From a plasmid, in the sequence record NZ_CP017043.1: a DNA stretch of 64,000 nucleotides; one strand, written 5' to 3'. A program made the position numbers and the translations under genes. The notes below the pieces were generated by a model that was given only the letters and a program-made list of their open reading frames with translations, made no database searches and was not told the DNA's origin. Below, piece after piece: positions 1 to 8,869 of this stretch (position 1 is its first letter; every line of letters begins with the position of its first letter).

Positions 1-3000
1 TTCCGGACGCGCGTGAACAGTGCCTCTTTCTTTTCCGGTGTGTCATAGTCATGAATAAAGGCAATCTGCTCTTTCGGTACGCCTTTCTCCACGAGTTTTT
101 CCCGAATATCGGCATATACCGTGAACGATGCTTTCGGGTTCGGCGTGGATTGGTCGCAGAAGATTACCTGAGTAGACTGCTTGTCCGAGGTCTCTTCATA
201 AATCTTATACACGTTATTGACGCAAAGGTTGACCTTACCGTCCGGATTATCCGGGTAGCTTGGATCAATGATGCGGGGATCCAGCGCGGCAGATTGTCCC
301 TCCTTCACGACAACAAGCATATTATCCATGCCTTTACCGGTGGACTTATCTGCATCCGCACGCAGCTGAATCGGTTTGCGCTGCCGAATGAGTTTGGCGC
401 GCTCGGCCAGCCGATCAACAATATCCTTCTGCAGCTGCGACGCCTCTGCCTTTACGATCTCAATTTCATACTCTGGGACAGGCAGTTTCAAGCTGTCTGC
501 GGTTTTCACATCCGCAAACTCCTTGAACATGCTCATGAGTTCCGGGATGTTGTTGAATCTTGCAAATCGCGTCTTGGCGCGGAACCCTTTTCCGGCCGGG
601 TCGATTTCCATCGTTGTCGTTTCCTGACCGAACGCGCTCGCCCACGCATCGAAGTGGTAAAGTCCCTGCTTCTCCAGACGGCTGGGGCGAAGATAACGCT
701 GCATTGTGTAAAGTTCTGCCATGGAGTTTGAGAGCGGTGTCCCCGTCGCGAAGACAACGCCGCGCTCATTTGTGACCTCATTCAAATATTGAATCTTTGC
801 CAGCAGATCCGTGGATTTTTCTGCGCCCGCAGAGTTGAGCCCCTGAATTTTCGTCGTAAAGGACAAATTCTTGTAAAAATGCGCTTCATCAACGTACAGG
901 CGGTCGATACCAAGCTGCTCAAACGTAATGGTCGCGTCTTGACGGCTTTGATACGCCTCCATAATCGCCTCGTACTGCTTTGTCAGCTTCTTGATCTGCT
1001 TCTCCATCTGTTTGACGGAGAATCCTCTGCCCTCCTTCGCTATTCTCATAGCCTCGAGAGAGTCTGTCAGCTCCTGTATCTCGCGCTTTAGGAATTGCTC
1101 CTGCCGTTCGAGCGACAGCGGGATCTTCCCGAACTGTTCATAGCTCATGATAACGGCATCCCAGTCCTGTCCCGTGATCTTTGCACAGAACTCTGCCCGC
1201 TTGTCCTTCTGGAAATCCTTGGGCGTTGCAACGAGGATCTTCGCGTTCGGATAAAGCCGCAGAAACTCTGCCCCGAACTGTTCCGTCAGATGCCCCGGCA
1301 TAATCATGAGCGACTTTTTGCAGAGTCCGATCCGCTTTGATTCCATCGCCGACGCCTGCATTTCAAAGGTCTTGCCGGCGCCGACAACATGAGCAAGAAG
1401 GGTATTGCCACCATATAGCGTATGTGCAACAGCGTCCTTTTGATGCTTCTTCAGCTGAATTTCCGGATTCATCCCCGGAAAGCTGAGGCGGGATCCATCA
1501 AACTCACGCGGCACAATATTGTTGAAATGTCTGTTGTAGTAACTCACCAGACGATTTTTGCGCTCTTCATCCCGGTACACCCATTTCAAGAACTCATCTC
1601 GCAGATTGTCCATCTTCTGCGCAACAAGAAGAGACGCATCCTCAATCACCACGCCTTTGTCGTTCCGTATGCGGATCTGCCGATGATTAAGCGCAGCCTC
1701 GAGAATGGCCAAGGCGTTTGCATCTTTCGTCCCAAAGGTCGAATACATCTTGACCTTATTCGACCGATGAGTATCCATCTTGCTCTCTACCTTCCACTCT
1801 CCTGTGGAGGCTGCATACTGGACGAGTCTATTTGTTCCGCGATATTCCAGCACGTCCTTGATAAATTGTTCAATATCCTCCGTCGGGATCCATGTTGCTC
1901 CCAGGTTGATTTTGATCTCATCGGCAGTCAGATCCTTCGGTTTCACCTTCTCCAAAGCTGCAAGATTTTTATTCGCGCGATGAATCTCACTGTGCAGATA
2001 GGAAACGAGCGGATTGCCGCCTCCGTTTTTCACCGCATCAATTTTCTCGTCATACGTCTGCAAGTGCTCCTGCAGGGCAGACGCCAATCTTTCCGGCTCC
2101 AGCACCTCTGGATGCGCCCCGCTCTCATAATCCGAAAACGTCTTGAAGAGAAAGCCCATCGTCTTGGTGTCAACTGTTCCATTTGTGACCTGCCACGCGT
2201 CAATCCCCAATGCCGTGATAGTATCCGAGAAGATGCGGTGTGCTTCGTTGATCTCAAAATTGAACATGACATTGTTGCGCAAACACTCCAGATAAAACAG
2301 CGGATCGTGCAGGGCAGCAGTCATTTCGGGCGCAGACTTCTCCAGAAAGTCGAAATACCTTATTTGTAACTCATCAGAAGAATGATCCATGGCATAATAA
2401 AATGCCCCTCTGTTTTCTTCCAAAAACAGATCTTTCTTCTGTTCATTCGAAAGTAATCTAATGCCGTTCCATACGGTCAGTTTTTCAGTGGATATATTGC
2501 TGCATGACCTCTGCCGCTGAAACAGTTTCGGAACAGGAAATACCTGCTCTTCTGCAATCCCCTGCATTTCTTGCTGCCATTTTTGAATCTGTCGCTCCAA
2601 GTTCTCCATGCGTGCACGAACATCACCGGACAGATATTCGTCTGCCGGAAGGTACGAATTTGTTTCCATGTCTTCAAAGATGCTGGTGTACTCCAGATCC
2701 TCAACGACCTCTTCGGCAGACAATCCTGTGAGTTTGGCCATGTAAGGAATATCAACACGCCCTTTTTCCTGCATGGAGATCATCAATGCCTCACCCGGCG
2801 TATCTGCATGATCCGGCGGGGTATAAGCATGGATGGTGCGCTTGGAGAATATATCGGATTTCCCGACAAATTCTCCGTTCTCAACAATTTCCAGAGAGAG
2901 CAGCAATGGATAGGATGCGTCCTTGGAAAAGTTTTGCCGAAGCTTGTTATCCTCATAAATACGCCCGTATTTTTTCATATATTCGTCATAGAGCTCATTC

Positions 3001-6000
3001 AGCGTCGCTTGATATTGTGTCAGTTCTGTGTCGCTGCAATCACGCAGCTCGGCATCATACATTGCCCAGATCTGGTCGCGAATCTGTATGGCCAAAAGGA
3101 TCTTTTGTTCCGTCTTTTTGTCGAAGGCCACCGTCTCGATTGTCCCCTGCGGCGTGTAATATACGAGGGTTCCATTCTGCTCGTAGAGACCAAAAGGCTG
3201 ATTATGTGACGGCGCCTCGACTTCCTGCGGAATGGGAAGCGCATCCGGGAGCGGCTGATATGAATTGGCCGGAATGGACGCAAGAACCGCACTCAGCTCA
3301 TCTGCCAGGGCTTTGCCGCTGTGTCCTTCAACGTAAGGCTCTATCCCAAATGCCATATTACGCATGGAGAGCGTTCCGAGTATGTCGGACGGATGCTCTA
3401 TGAAGTAGCGATTCAGATGATAGCCATCTTCGATGCGCTTGCTGCCGTCAAAGTGAACTACTTCCTGCCAATCAGCATTCACCCATGCGGGCAGTTCAGC
3501 ATCCGGTGCAAGCTCCTTTTCCCGTTTCCGGAAAATCAGGAGATCGGAAAGGACATTCGTGCCCGCAGCTTCAAACAGCTGGTTCGGCAGCCGGACGGCA
3601 CGAATCAGTTCGCCCTTTTGAGCAAGCTCTCTCCGGAGCGAATCATCCTTCTTGTCCATTGTGCCGTGACTTGTGATCGCAACGACAAGACCGCCCGGCC
3701 GGACTTGATCCATCATCTTCTTCAAGAAATAGTCGTGAACAAAATAATTCCTGTCATAGTTGGAATCCGTGATGATATAGTTTCCGAACGGAACATTGGA
3801 AATCGCTAGATCAAAGGAGTTCTGCGGGAAACGTATGCGCTCGAACCCCTTATTCAGTATAGTTGCGCCATCGGCTGCATATTGTGCAACCTTTGCCGTG
3901 AGCATATCGAGCTCGACGCCGACCCTGCGGCTCTGCTCTTTCATGCTGCTCGGCATATGGTGTAGGAAGCGGCCTGTTCCGGTCGATGGATCAAGTATGG
4001 TTCCCTGCTGAAATCCAGCTTGTTCAAGGCCGCTGTAAATTGCCTGGACAATCTCCGGCGGCGTATAAAACGCATCCAATGTGGAGGCACGCGCGGACAT
4101 ATACTCAGGCTCCGTCATGATTTCTTTCGCCTGTTGGTGTTCGCTGTGCCAAGCTGTATTGCGTGCGTCAAACGCCTCAGAGAGGCCGCCGAATCCTGAA
4201 TAGGCACGCAGAACTTCCAGCTCCCCTTCATTGGGGAGGTTTCCCGTGCGATCCAGATGATTGGCAATCTGCACGGCTGCGAGATTTCGCTGAAATACAG
4301 CGCGCTTCCCTGCTGTCGTGGACATATCGGCAGAAAGATCCAGTGTAGAAAGATCTACCTCCGCAAATTCTGCGTCAATGATGGGAGGCGCGTCCGTCTC
4401 GGCATGATCTTCCGCTGCCGGTAGATCAATCGTCTGCGGGTCGATTATCTCAGCTTCGTAAACCGGCCGCACGGTTTCGGAATCTGTGGCCGCCTCGTCC
4501 GCTTCAACAGGAGCCGCTGCAGGTTCTGCATCCGCTTCTGCCGCTGTATCCTCATGCTCGTCTGTCAACGTCTCCGCACGGTCCAATACAGGCTCAGGAG
4601 CCGCAGTATTTATCCATGAACTCAAAATATCATCGTAGGAGCGCCCGGACAGCTCTGTAAGCTGCACGAATAAATTTTCCCGCATATCGCTGGAATCAAT
4701 GCCGGCATACTCATAGAGGGCGCTGCCCATGGGAAGCGCATCCGAAAGCTCCTGGAACGTAATATCCTTCAGATAATTCCCGCTCGAATCATCGGAATAT
4801 TTTTCCAAATACCACTCCTTGATTGAGGAATTCATGGATAAAGCAGGTTTTTCTGCCTCAACCGAATCAGTCCCTGGAGCAGATTCCTCTAGGGCATTCA
4901 CGGCAGCCTCTGATTTTTCCGCTGGATGAAGCTCCTGTGCTGCTGCGGGAGTGGCATACGTCGCAGCCAGCTCATAGTAGGCTCGCCCGATCAGAGCGTT
5001 CTGCGCCTCCGACGAAAGCGTCTCTGCAGACATGAGTGCACGCACGAAAGAAAGGTACATTTCACGGGATTGTACGCCCGTAATATGACCTTCATTTCGT
5101 GCAGTTTGAACGTCTTCGAAGAATTTGTTTGCAGATTCCTCCTGCAAAACATCAGGAATGCGGATCGAAAATTCGTCTACACGAACGCTTCCTGGGGCTC
5201 CGGCATGATCTCCGCCGCCAGGCGTTCCCGCACCTCGGCGAGAACGCTGTTGTAGCTCTGAATCCACTGCATCACGTCGCGCTTCTTGAGGTCTTCCGTC
5301 ACGCCGTCCCGCTTGCAGATCGCTGCTGTCAGCGCCTCCGACTGTTCGAACATCATGTCCTCGTAGTCTCTCAGATACTGATCCAGCGTCCCTGCGTCCA
5401 GCATCCGCTTCCACTCCTCCGGCTGGGTTCTGTGCAAATAATCCCGCCTCATGTCGCCCCAAATCCCATAGAGAGATTTCAGGATCACTTCTTCGGTCAT
5501 TTGAATCTGCCTCCTTCTGCTTTGCAGCATTTGCTCTGTTCGCCGCAGTAATTGCATTGCCGAGCGAATCCAGAATCGTACGCGAAACCTGATTGACCTC
5601 TCCCAGAACCACCGCAATATGGACATCTTGCGGAATAGAAAGCTCCGCCGGAAAGGTGTTTTGATTGGAAAGCCCCAGCCGCGACCGCACAACATATTCT
5701 ACGCTCGCCGTTAAAAAATCAGCATGCTCCGAGTTCTGCGCCGCGGCAAGCTCTGCGGCCTTCGCTCGGATTGCCTCATCCAGCGATCCGTCGCTCCCAA
5801 GCGTGCGCAGCACAAGTGCTTCGTGTGCAGGGGTAAACTGCCATGGAATCCCTTGTACCGCTGCATCCCCGTTTTGAAAAGCAATCGTATCCCGAATGTC
5901 ATAGACATATCGAACGGTGTACTGATCATCGGGCTCCGATACCAGGAGCGGGATCGCGGCAGCACCATCACGCAATGTTGTTCGGAAAGAGTTTCGCCAA

Positions 6001-6185
6001 ACATGATCCGGAGCAACGGCGCTTGCCTCAGCTGAGGCACGGTAATGCAGATTGATCTGCTCCATGATGGAATACTTATGGAATTTGGCGATGGTATCAA
6101 GAAAAGCCCTATATTCTTGGGTACTATTGCTGACCTTAGTGAGATGGTCTCTTATTTCGAGCTGCAGCTGTTCTTTCTCTTCCAT
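1..6185 (-). CDS. Giant N6-adenine DNA methyltransferase / SNF2-family helicase fusion protein (partial; C-terminus lies beyond window start)
   Basis: The minus-strand frame is open from the ATG at 6185 (SD GGAGG upstream) to the window edge. It is absent from the ORF track because there is no stop in the window. Hand translation gives N-terminus MEEKEQLQLEIRDHLTKVSNSTQEY. N6-MTase motifs are FYTPPEIV (motif X), ILDPSTGTGRF (motif I, near 3992) and ISNVPFGNY (motif IV). Downstream there is a DEAH box (VDEAHFYKN) and a helicase-C region in the first ~700 nt. All listed + strand ORFs in 1-6200 are antisense shadows. Confidence 0.8.
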   Translation of the reverse strand, partial: MEEKEQLQLEIRDHLTKVSNSTQEYRAFLDTIAKFHKYSIMEQINLHYRASAEASAVAPDHVWRNSFRTTLRDGAAAIPLLVSEPDDQYTVRYVYDIRDTIAFQNGDAAVQGIPWQFTPAHEALVLRTLGSDGSLDEAIRAKAAELAAAQNSEHADFLTASVEYVVRSRLGLSNQNTFPAELSIPQDVHIAVVLGEVNQVSRTILDSLGNAITAANRANAAKQKEADSNDRRSDPEISLWDLGRHEAGLFAQNPAGGVEADAGRRDAGSVSERLRGHDVRTVGGADSSDLQAGRRDGRPQEARRDAVDSELQQRSRRGAGTPGGGDHAGAPGSVRVDEFSIRIPDVLQEESANKFFEDVQTARNEGHITGVQSREMYLSFVRALMSAETLSSEAQNALIGRAYYELAATYATPAAAQELHPAEKSEAAVNALEESAPGTDSVEAEKPALSMNSSIKEWYLEKYSDDSSGNYLKDITFQELSDALPMGSALYEYAGIDSSDMRENLFVQLTELSGRSYDDILSSWINTAAPEPVLDRAETLTDEHEDTAAEADAEPAAAPVEADEAATDSETVRPVYEAEIIDPQTIDLPAAEDHAETDAPPIIDAEFAEVDLSTLDLSADMSTTAGKRAVFQRNLAAVQIANHLDRTGNLPNEGELEVLRAYSGFGGLSEAFDARNTAWHSEHQQAKEIMTEPEYMSARASTLDAFYTPPEIVQAIYSGLEQAGFQQGTILDPSTGTGRFLHHMPSSMKEQSRRVGVELDMLTAKVAQYAADGATILNKGFERIRFPQNSFDLAISNVPFGNYIITDSNYDRNYFVHDYFLKKMMDQVRPGGLVVAITSHGTMDKKDDSLRRELAQKGELIRAVRLPNQLFEAAGTNVLSDLLIFRKREKELAPDAELPAWVNADWQEVVHFDGSKRIEDGYHLNRYFIEHPSDILGTLSMRNMAFGIEPYVEGHSGKALADELSAVLASIPANSYQPLPDALPIPQEVEAPSHNQPFGLYEQNGTLVYYTPQGTIETVAFDKKTEQKILLAIQIRDQIWAMYDAELRDCSDTELTQYQATLNELYDEYMKKYGRIYEDNKLRQNFSKDASYPLLLSLEIVENGEFVGKSDIFSKRTIHAYTPPDHADTPGEALMISMQEKGRVDIPYMAKLTGLSAEEVVEDLEYTSIFEDMETNSYLPADEYLSGDVRARMENLERQIQKWQQEMQGIAEEQVFPVPKLFQRQRSCSNISTEKLTVWNGIRLLSNEQKKDLFLEENRGAFYYAMDHSSDELQIRYFDFLEKSAPEMTAALHDPLFYLECLRNNVMFNFEINEAHRIFSDTITALGIDAWQVTNGTVDTKTMGFLFKTFSDYESGAHPEVLEPERLASALQEHLQTYDEKIDAVKNGGGNPLVSYLHSEIHRANKNLAALEKVKPKDLTADEIKINLGATWIPTEDIEQFIKDVLEYRGTNRLVQYAASTGEWKVESKMDTHRSNKVKMYSTFGTKDANALAILEAALNHRQIRIRNDKGVVIEDASLLVAQKMDNLRDEFLKWVYRDEERKNRLVSYYNRHFNNIVPREFDGSRLSFPGMNPEIQLKKHQKDAVAHTLYGGNTLLAHVVGAGKTFEMQASAMESKRIGLCKKSLMIMPGHLTEQFGAEFLRLYPNAKILVATPKDFQKDKRAEFCAKITGQDWDAVIMSYEQFGKIPLSLERQEQFLKREIQELTDSLEAMRIAKEGRGFSVKQMEKQIKKLTKQYEAIMEAYQSRQDATITFEQLGIDRLYVDEAHFYKNLSFTTKIQGLNSAGAEKSTDLLAKIQYLNEVTNERGVVFATGTPLSNSMAELYTMQRYLRPSRLEKQGLYHFDAWASAFGQETTTMEIDPAGKGFRAKTRFARFNNIPELMSMFKEFADVKTADSLKLPVPEYEIEIVKAEASQLQKDIVDRLAERAKLIRQRKPIQLRADADKSTGKGMDNMLVVVKEGQSAALDPRIIDPSYPDNPDGKVNLCVNNVYKIYEETSDKQSTQVIFCDQSTPNPKASFTVYADIREKLVEKGVPKEQIAFIHDYDTPEKKEALFTRVR
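5177..5500 (-). other. Embedded out-of-frame 107-codon ORF with its own SD (MTEEVILKSLYGIWGDMRRDYLHRTQPEEW...EAFV) inside the N-terminal part of the giant gene
   Basis: GGAGGcagattcaaATG at 5500 in the -1 frame relative to the giant ORF. The translation is well-formed, whereas the giant-gene frame over the same 320 nt is G/R/A/D-rich and low-complexity. A stop (TAG) at 5177 returns to the main frame. Confidence 0.35.
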
Positions 6186-6244
6186 GCTATTGCCTCCTAT
6201 GAGAGCGTTATACCGCTCTCATAGTAGCCCAAAAACACGGCTGC

Positions 6245-6263
6245 AAAATCCTATGATTTCACA
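6245..6263 (-). promoter_or_regulatory. Conserved upstream motif instance (giant MTase/helicase gene)
   Basis: aaaaTCCTATGATTTCACA is a member of the (A/T)4-TTCYTRTC-WTTTKTCA family. Confidence 0.45.
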
Positions 6264-6583
6264 GTGAGAAACATTTCTCAAGGTCATTATAGCATTCTGC
6301 TTTCGTAAGTGCAACTATATTTAGTTACACAAATAAATAAAAAGAAAGGAACAGTAATTTCTCAGGGTTATCATTTTCTTTTCGCTCCGCGTTGCTTCAT
6401 TCGCTGCACGCTCATTCCCGCGCTGCTCCGCTCTCAAGAAAAACATAACCTTCTGCTCATTCACTGTTCCCAAGATTTATGGCTTTCGCAGAATGCGTCA
6501 TCCGTCACACGTTCCGGACAGCGCATACTGCTACCGCCTCCCCGCCCGCCTCCTCATGGGGCGTTGCCCCCTGCACCCCCGAT

Positions 6584-8341
6584 TCAAGCAGAGGTATCAC
6601 TCGTTTTATTTGTTGTCCGTTGCCGCACAATGCTCTGCTCTTGTGCTGCCCTCTTCTCCCGTTCTTCCTTTTCGGCCTTCTGAACGACGTAGGAGCCATA
6701 AGGGGTATTCGGATGATCCCGATCCCAATTCTGTGGCTTATACCGGGAGAGCATTGGCGATAGGTTTCTTGATTCTACGCCGTCATTCAGGAGCGCCTTT
6801 ACAATCTTAGTGTCCATCGTGATGTTATACGGGAGCCGGATGCGCCCTTCCATCTTACGTCGTTGGTATTGGTACTCTGCTTCGAAGTCTTCTCGCATCT
6901 CGGTACGAGGTATCACAACATAGCGGCTCAGTTTTTCATTTTCTCTTACAAGCTCCTGGTCTGCAAGCTTCTGGATATATGCGAAATAATCCGCGCCGCC
7001 GAATATTTGATTGGGCGAATGATTCATCATTGCCTCCCTGATCTGATCCGGCGTATACTGGCCGCCCAGCACAAGCTCTTTCATGGCCGCAATGTCCATG
7101 TCCGGATTCACAAAGTCTTTCTCTATGTACTGACGGTGCATTGCATCCATATATGCAGCTGCGCAGGAACCTAGATCATTCACATCAAACATCGCGATTG
7201 CATCTTCTCTTGAAAGTGCCTCCTGCGCCTGTGCCAAGATCAACGCTGCGTATTCGGTGGAATCCGGAAGTGCAGCAGCAATCGCCAGAGCGATCAGATA
7301 CCGTTTCACAATATCTGTACGAACACGGCTCCGCAGCATTCTGGCCGCCGTGCGGCCGTCTGGAGAACGAGACTGTCCTTTGATATTGGTATACGCATCA
7401 TCGTCTCGCTGATGCAGCCCAAGGCTCTCACACGCACAGAGGAAAGTTTCGTCAAGGTAGGTCTCTCTGCTGCGCCCGGGTTCGATATAAAGGGGAGACG
7501 CCTGAGCAATGGACTTTCGGAGAATCGGCTGCACCTGCTCCTTGAGTAAAAACATCATACGCGCTGGATCTTTCTGATAAGCAGTCCGCTCGTCCTGAAG
7601 ACGGCGCATATAGTCCCGATAGATCGCCTCGATGATCTTCTGCTCATCGTCAATGGTGAGCACAGTTGTATTTGTCCTCTCCATATACTCCCTGGCGAAT
7701 TTTCGGTAAACATCTGCTTCGCTGCTCATGACACCGCCGGCATACGCCATGATTGCAGCATAGCGATTGTGTCCATCGGACAGCGCAGAAAAAAGCGTCT
7801 GAAAATAGGATTCATCGGCCTTCCGCTCGTTGGCAGACTGCCGAATTACCTGATTCACAACAGCGATCGGAAAGCCGTCTTTCAAGATCATGGCCATGCC
7901 AATACGATAATCCCGCTGAAGTCCCGCAGCTTCTGATTCTGCCGCTGCGCGCCGCCGATAACTTTCCGCCGCTTCGAGATATGTACGCGATGCACGCTCC
8001 GCCCACGCTTCATTGATGTTCTCCATGACTTTTCCGGTATAAAGCGCCATTGCGCGTACATCCGGAAGCAGTTTGGTCATGGGCGATTTTTCGCAGATCA
8101 CAGATCTCACGGCATCGACATCATATCCGCTTTCCAAAAGCCGGATTGCGGCCGTCAGATCGTTCTCGTAGTTCTCTGCCTGTTGATTGGGAAATTCGGC
8201 AGTATTCTCCTTTTTGCGCTCAACCATTGTTTGTCCGAGCACATCAAGATATGCAACTGTAATATTTTTCATTCGTTGCTCTCTCTCGTATTTCTGTGGC
8301 AGCTTGTAGCATAACGGCATGTGCGCGCCGTGTAGTTTCAT
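6584..8341 (-). CDS. Conserved hypothetical protein of conjugative elements (585 aa; start possibly at an internal Met, MKNITVAYLDV, ~8272)
   Basis: Long ORF with protein-like composition, located between the giant MTase/helicase gene and T4SS block 1. No recognisable catalytic motif. Confidence 0.5.
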   Translation of the reverse strand: MKLHGAHMPLCYKLPQKYEREQRMKNITVAYLDVLGQTMVERKKENTAEFPNQQAENYENDLTAAIRLLESGYDVDAVRSVICEKSPMTKLLPDVRAMALYTGKVMENINEAWAERASRTYLEAAESYRRRAAAESEAAGLQRDYRIGMAMILKDGFPIAVVNQVIRQSANERKADESYFQTLFSALSDGHNRYAAIMAYAGGVMSSEADVYRKFAREYMERTNTTVLTIDDEQKIIEAIYRDYMRRLQDERTAYQKDPARMMFLLKEQVQPILRKSIAQASPLYIEPGRSRETYLDETFLCACESLGLHQRDDDAYTNIKGQSRSPDGRTAARMLRSRVRTDIVKRYLIALAIAAALPDSTEYAALILAQAQEALSREDAIAMFDVNDLGSCAAAYMDAMHRQYIEKDFVNPDMDIAAMKELVLGGQYTPDQIREAMMNHSPNQIFGGADYFAYIQKLADQELVRENEKLSRYVVIPRTEMREDFEAEYQYQRRKMEGRIRLPYNITMDTKIVKALLNDGVESRNLSPMLSRYKPQNWDRDHPNTPYGSYVVQKAEKEEREKRAAQEQSIVRQRTTNKTSDTSA

Positions 8342-8540
8342 CAGCAGCGCTCGAACGAGGCTTTATTCTCGGAATAGATGCCATCGTATTTCGATAGAGG
8401 CGTTCTACTATCTTTGCATCTTTTCCCTGTGCCAAACGAATACATTCTTCTATGCGGTTGATGTGATGATAAACGAACCACAATGCAACAATCAGCAAAA
8501 GCGCTGGCATGCTGGCAAAAAACTCGATGGAGAACGACAT
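8244..8540 (-). CDS. Small membrane protein (98 aa)
   Basis: ORF with one hydrophobic helix (ALLLIVALWFVYHHI). It overlaps the annotated start of the 585-aa ORF by ~100 nt. Confidence 0.35.
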   Translation of the reverse strand: MSFSIEFFASMPALLLIVALWFVYHHINRIEECIRLAQGKDAKIVERLYRNTMASIPRIKPRSSAADETTRRAHAVMLQAATEIRERATNEKYYSCIS

Positions 8541-8603
8541 ATAATACTCCTTTCCAGTAAAATTGCCCCTTTGGTGAAGAGGTCAAGATATGCGACAGTA
8601 ATA

Positions 8604-8846
8604 TCATTCTCTATGCGCCCCTAACTCCAAGGACTCCTTCAAAACAACGCGCGTTTCTTGTATCATCGTCTCTGTGGAGGCCTTAACATCATGCACGGAA
8701 GAAATGACGTGCTCCAGCACTTCTTTGTTTTTCTCTTCCATTTCGAGAAAACGCTTCTCCATGCTCTTCACACGGCAGAAAAGCTGCAGCGTAACAATCA
8801 ACAAAACAACTGTTGCGCTGGTCAAAAGTTCAACGAGCAACGTCAT
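8604..8846 (-). CDS. Small membrane protein (80 aa)
   Basis: N-terminal TM segment (TSATVVLLIVTLQLF) followed by a charged helical tail. Lies immediately downstream of virB4. Confidence 0.4.
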   Translation of the reverse strand: MTLLVELLTSATVVLLIVTLQLFCRVKSMEKRFLEMEEKNKEVLEHVISSVHDVKASTETMIQETRVVLKESLELGAHRE

Positions 8847-8869
8847 AATATCACGCCTTTCCTCGAAAC

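Noticed and set aside
1422-2369. 315-aa plus-strand ORF, with many other plus-strand ORFs in 1-6200
   Set aside because: They are antisense shadows of the giant minus-strand MTase/helicase gene and have Leu/Arg-rich junk composition.
4081-4140. Apparent frameshift between the methylase N-region and motif X of the giant gene
   Set aside because: It was an indexing error on my side. On re-translation the frame is continuous (…NTAWHSEHQQAKEIMTEPEYMSARAS…).
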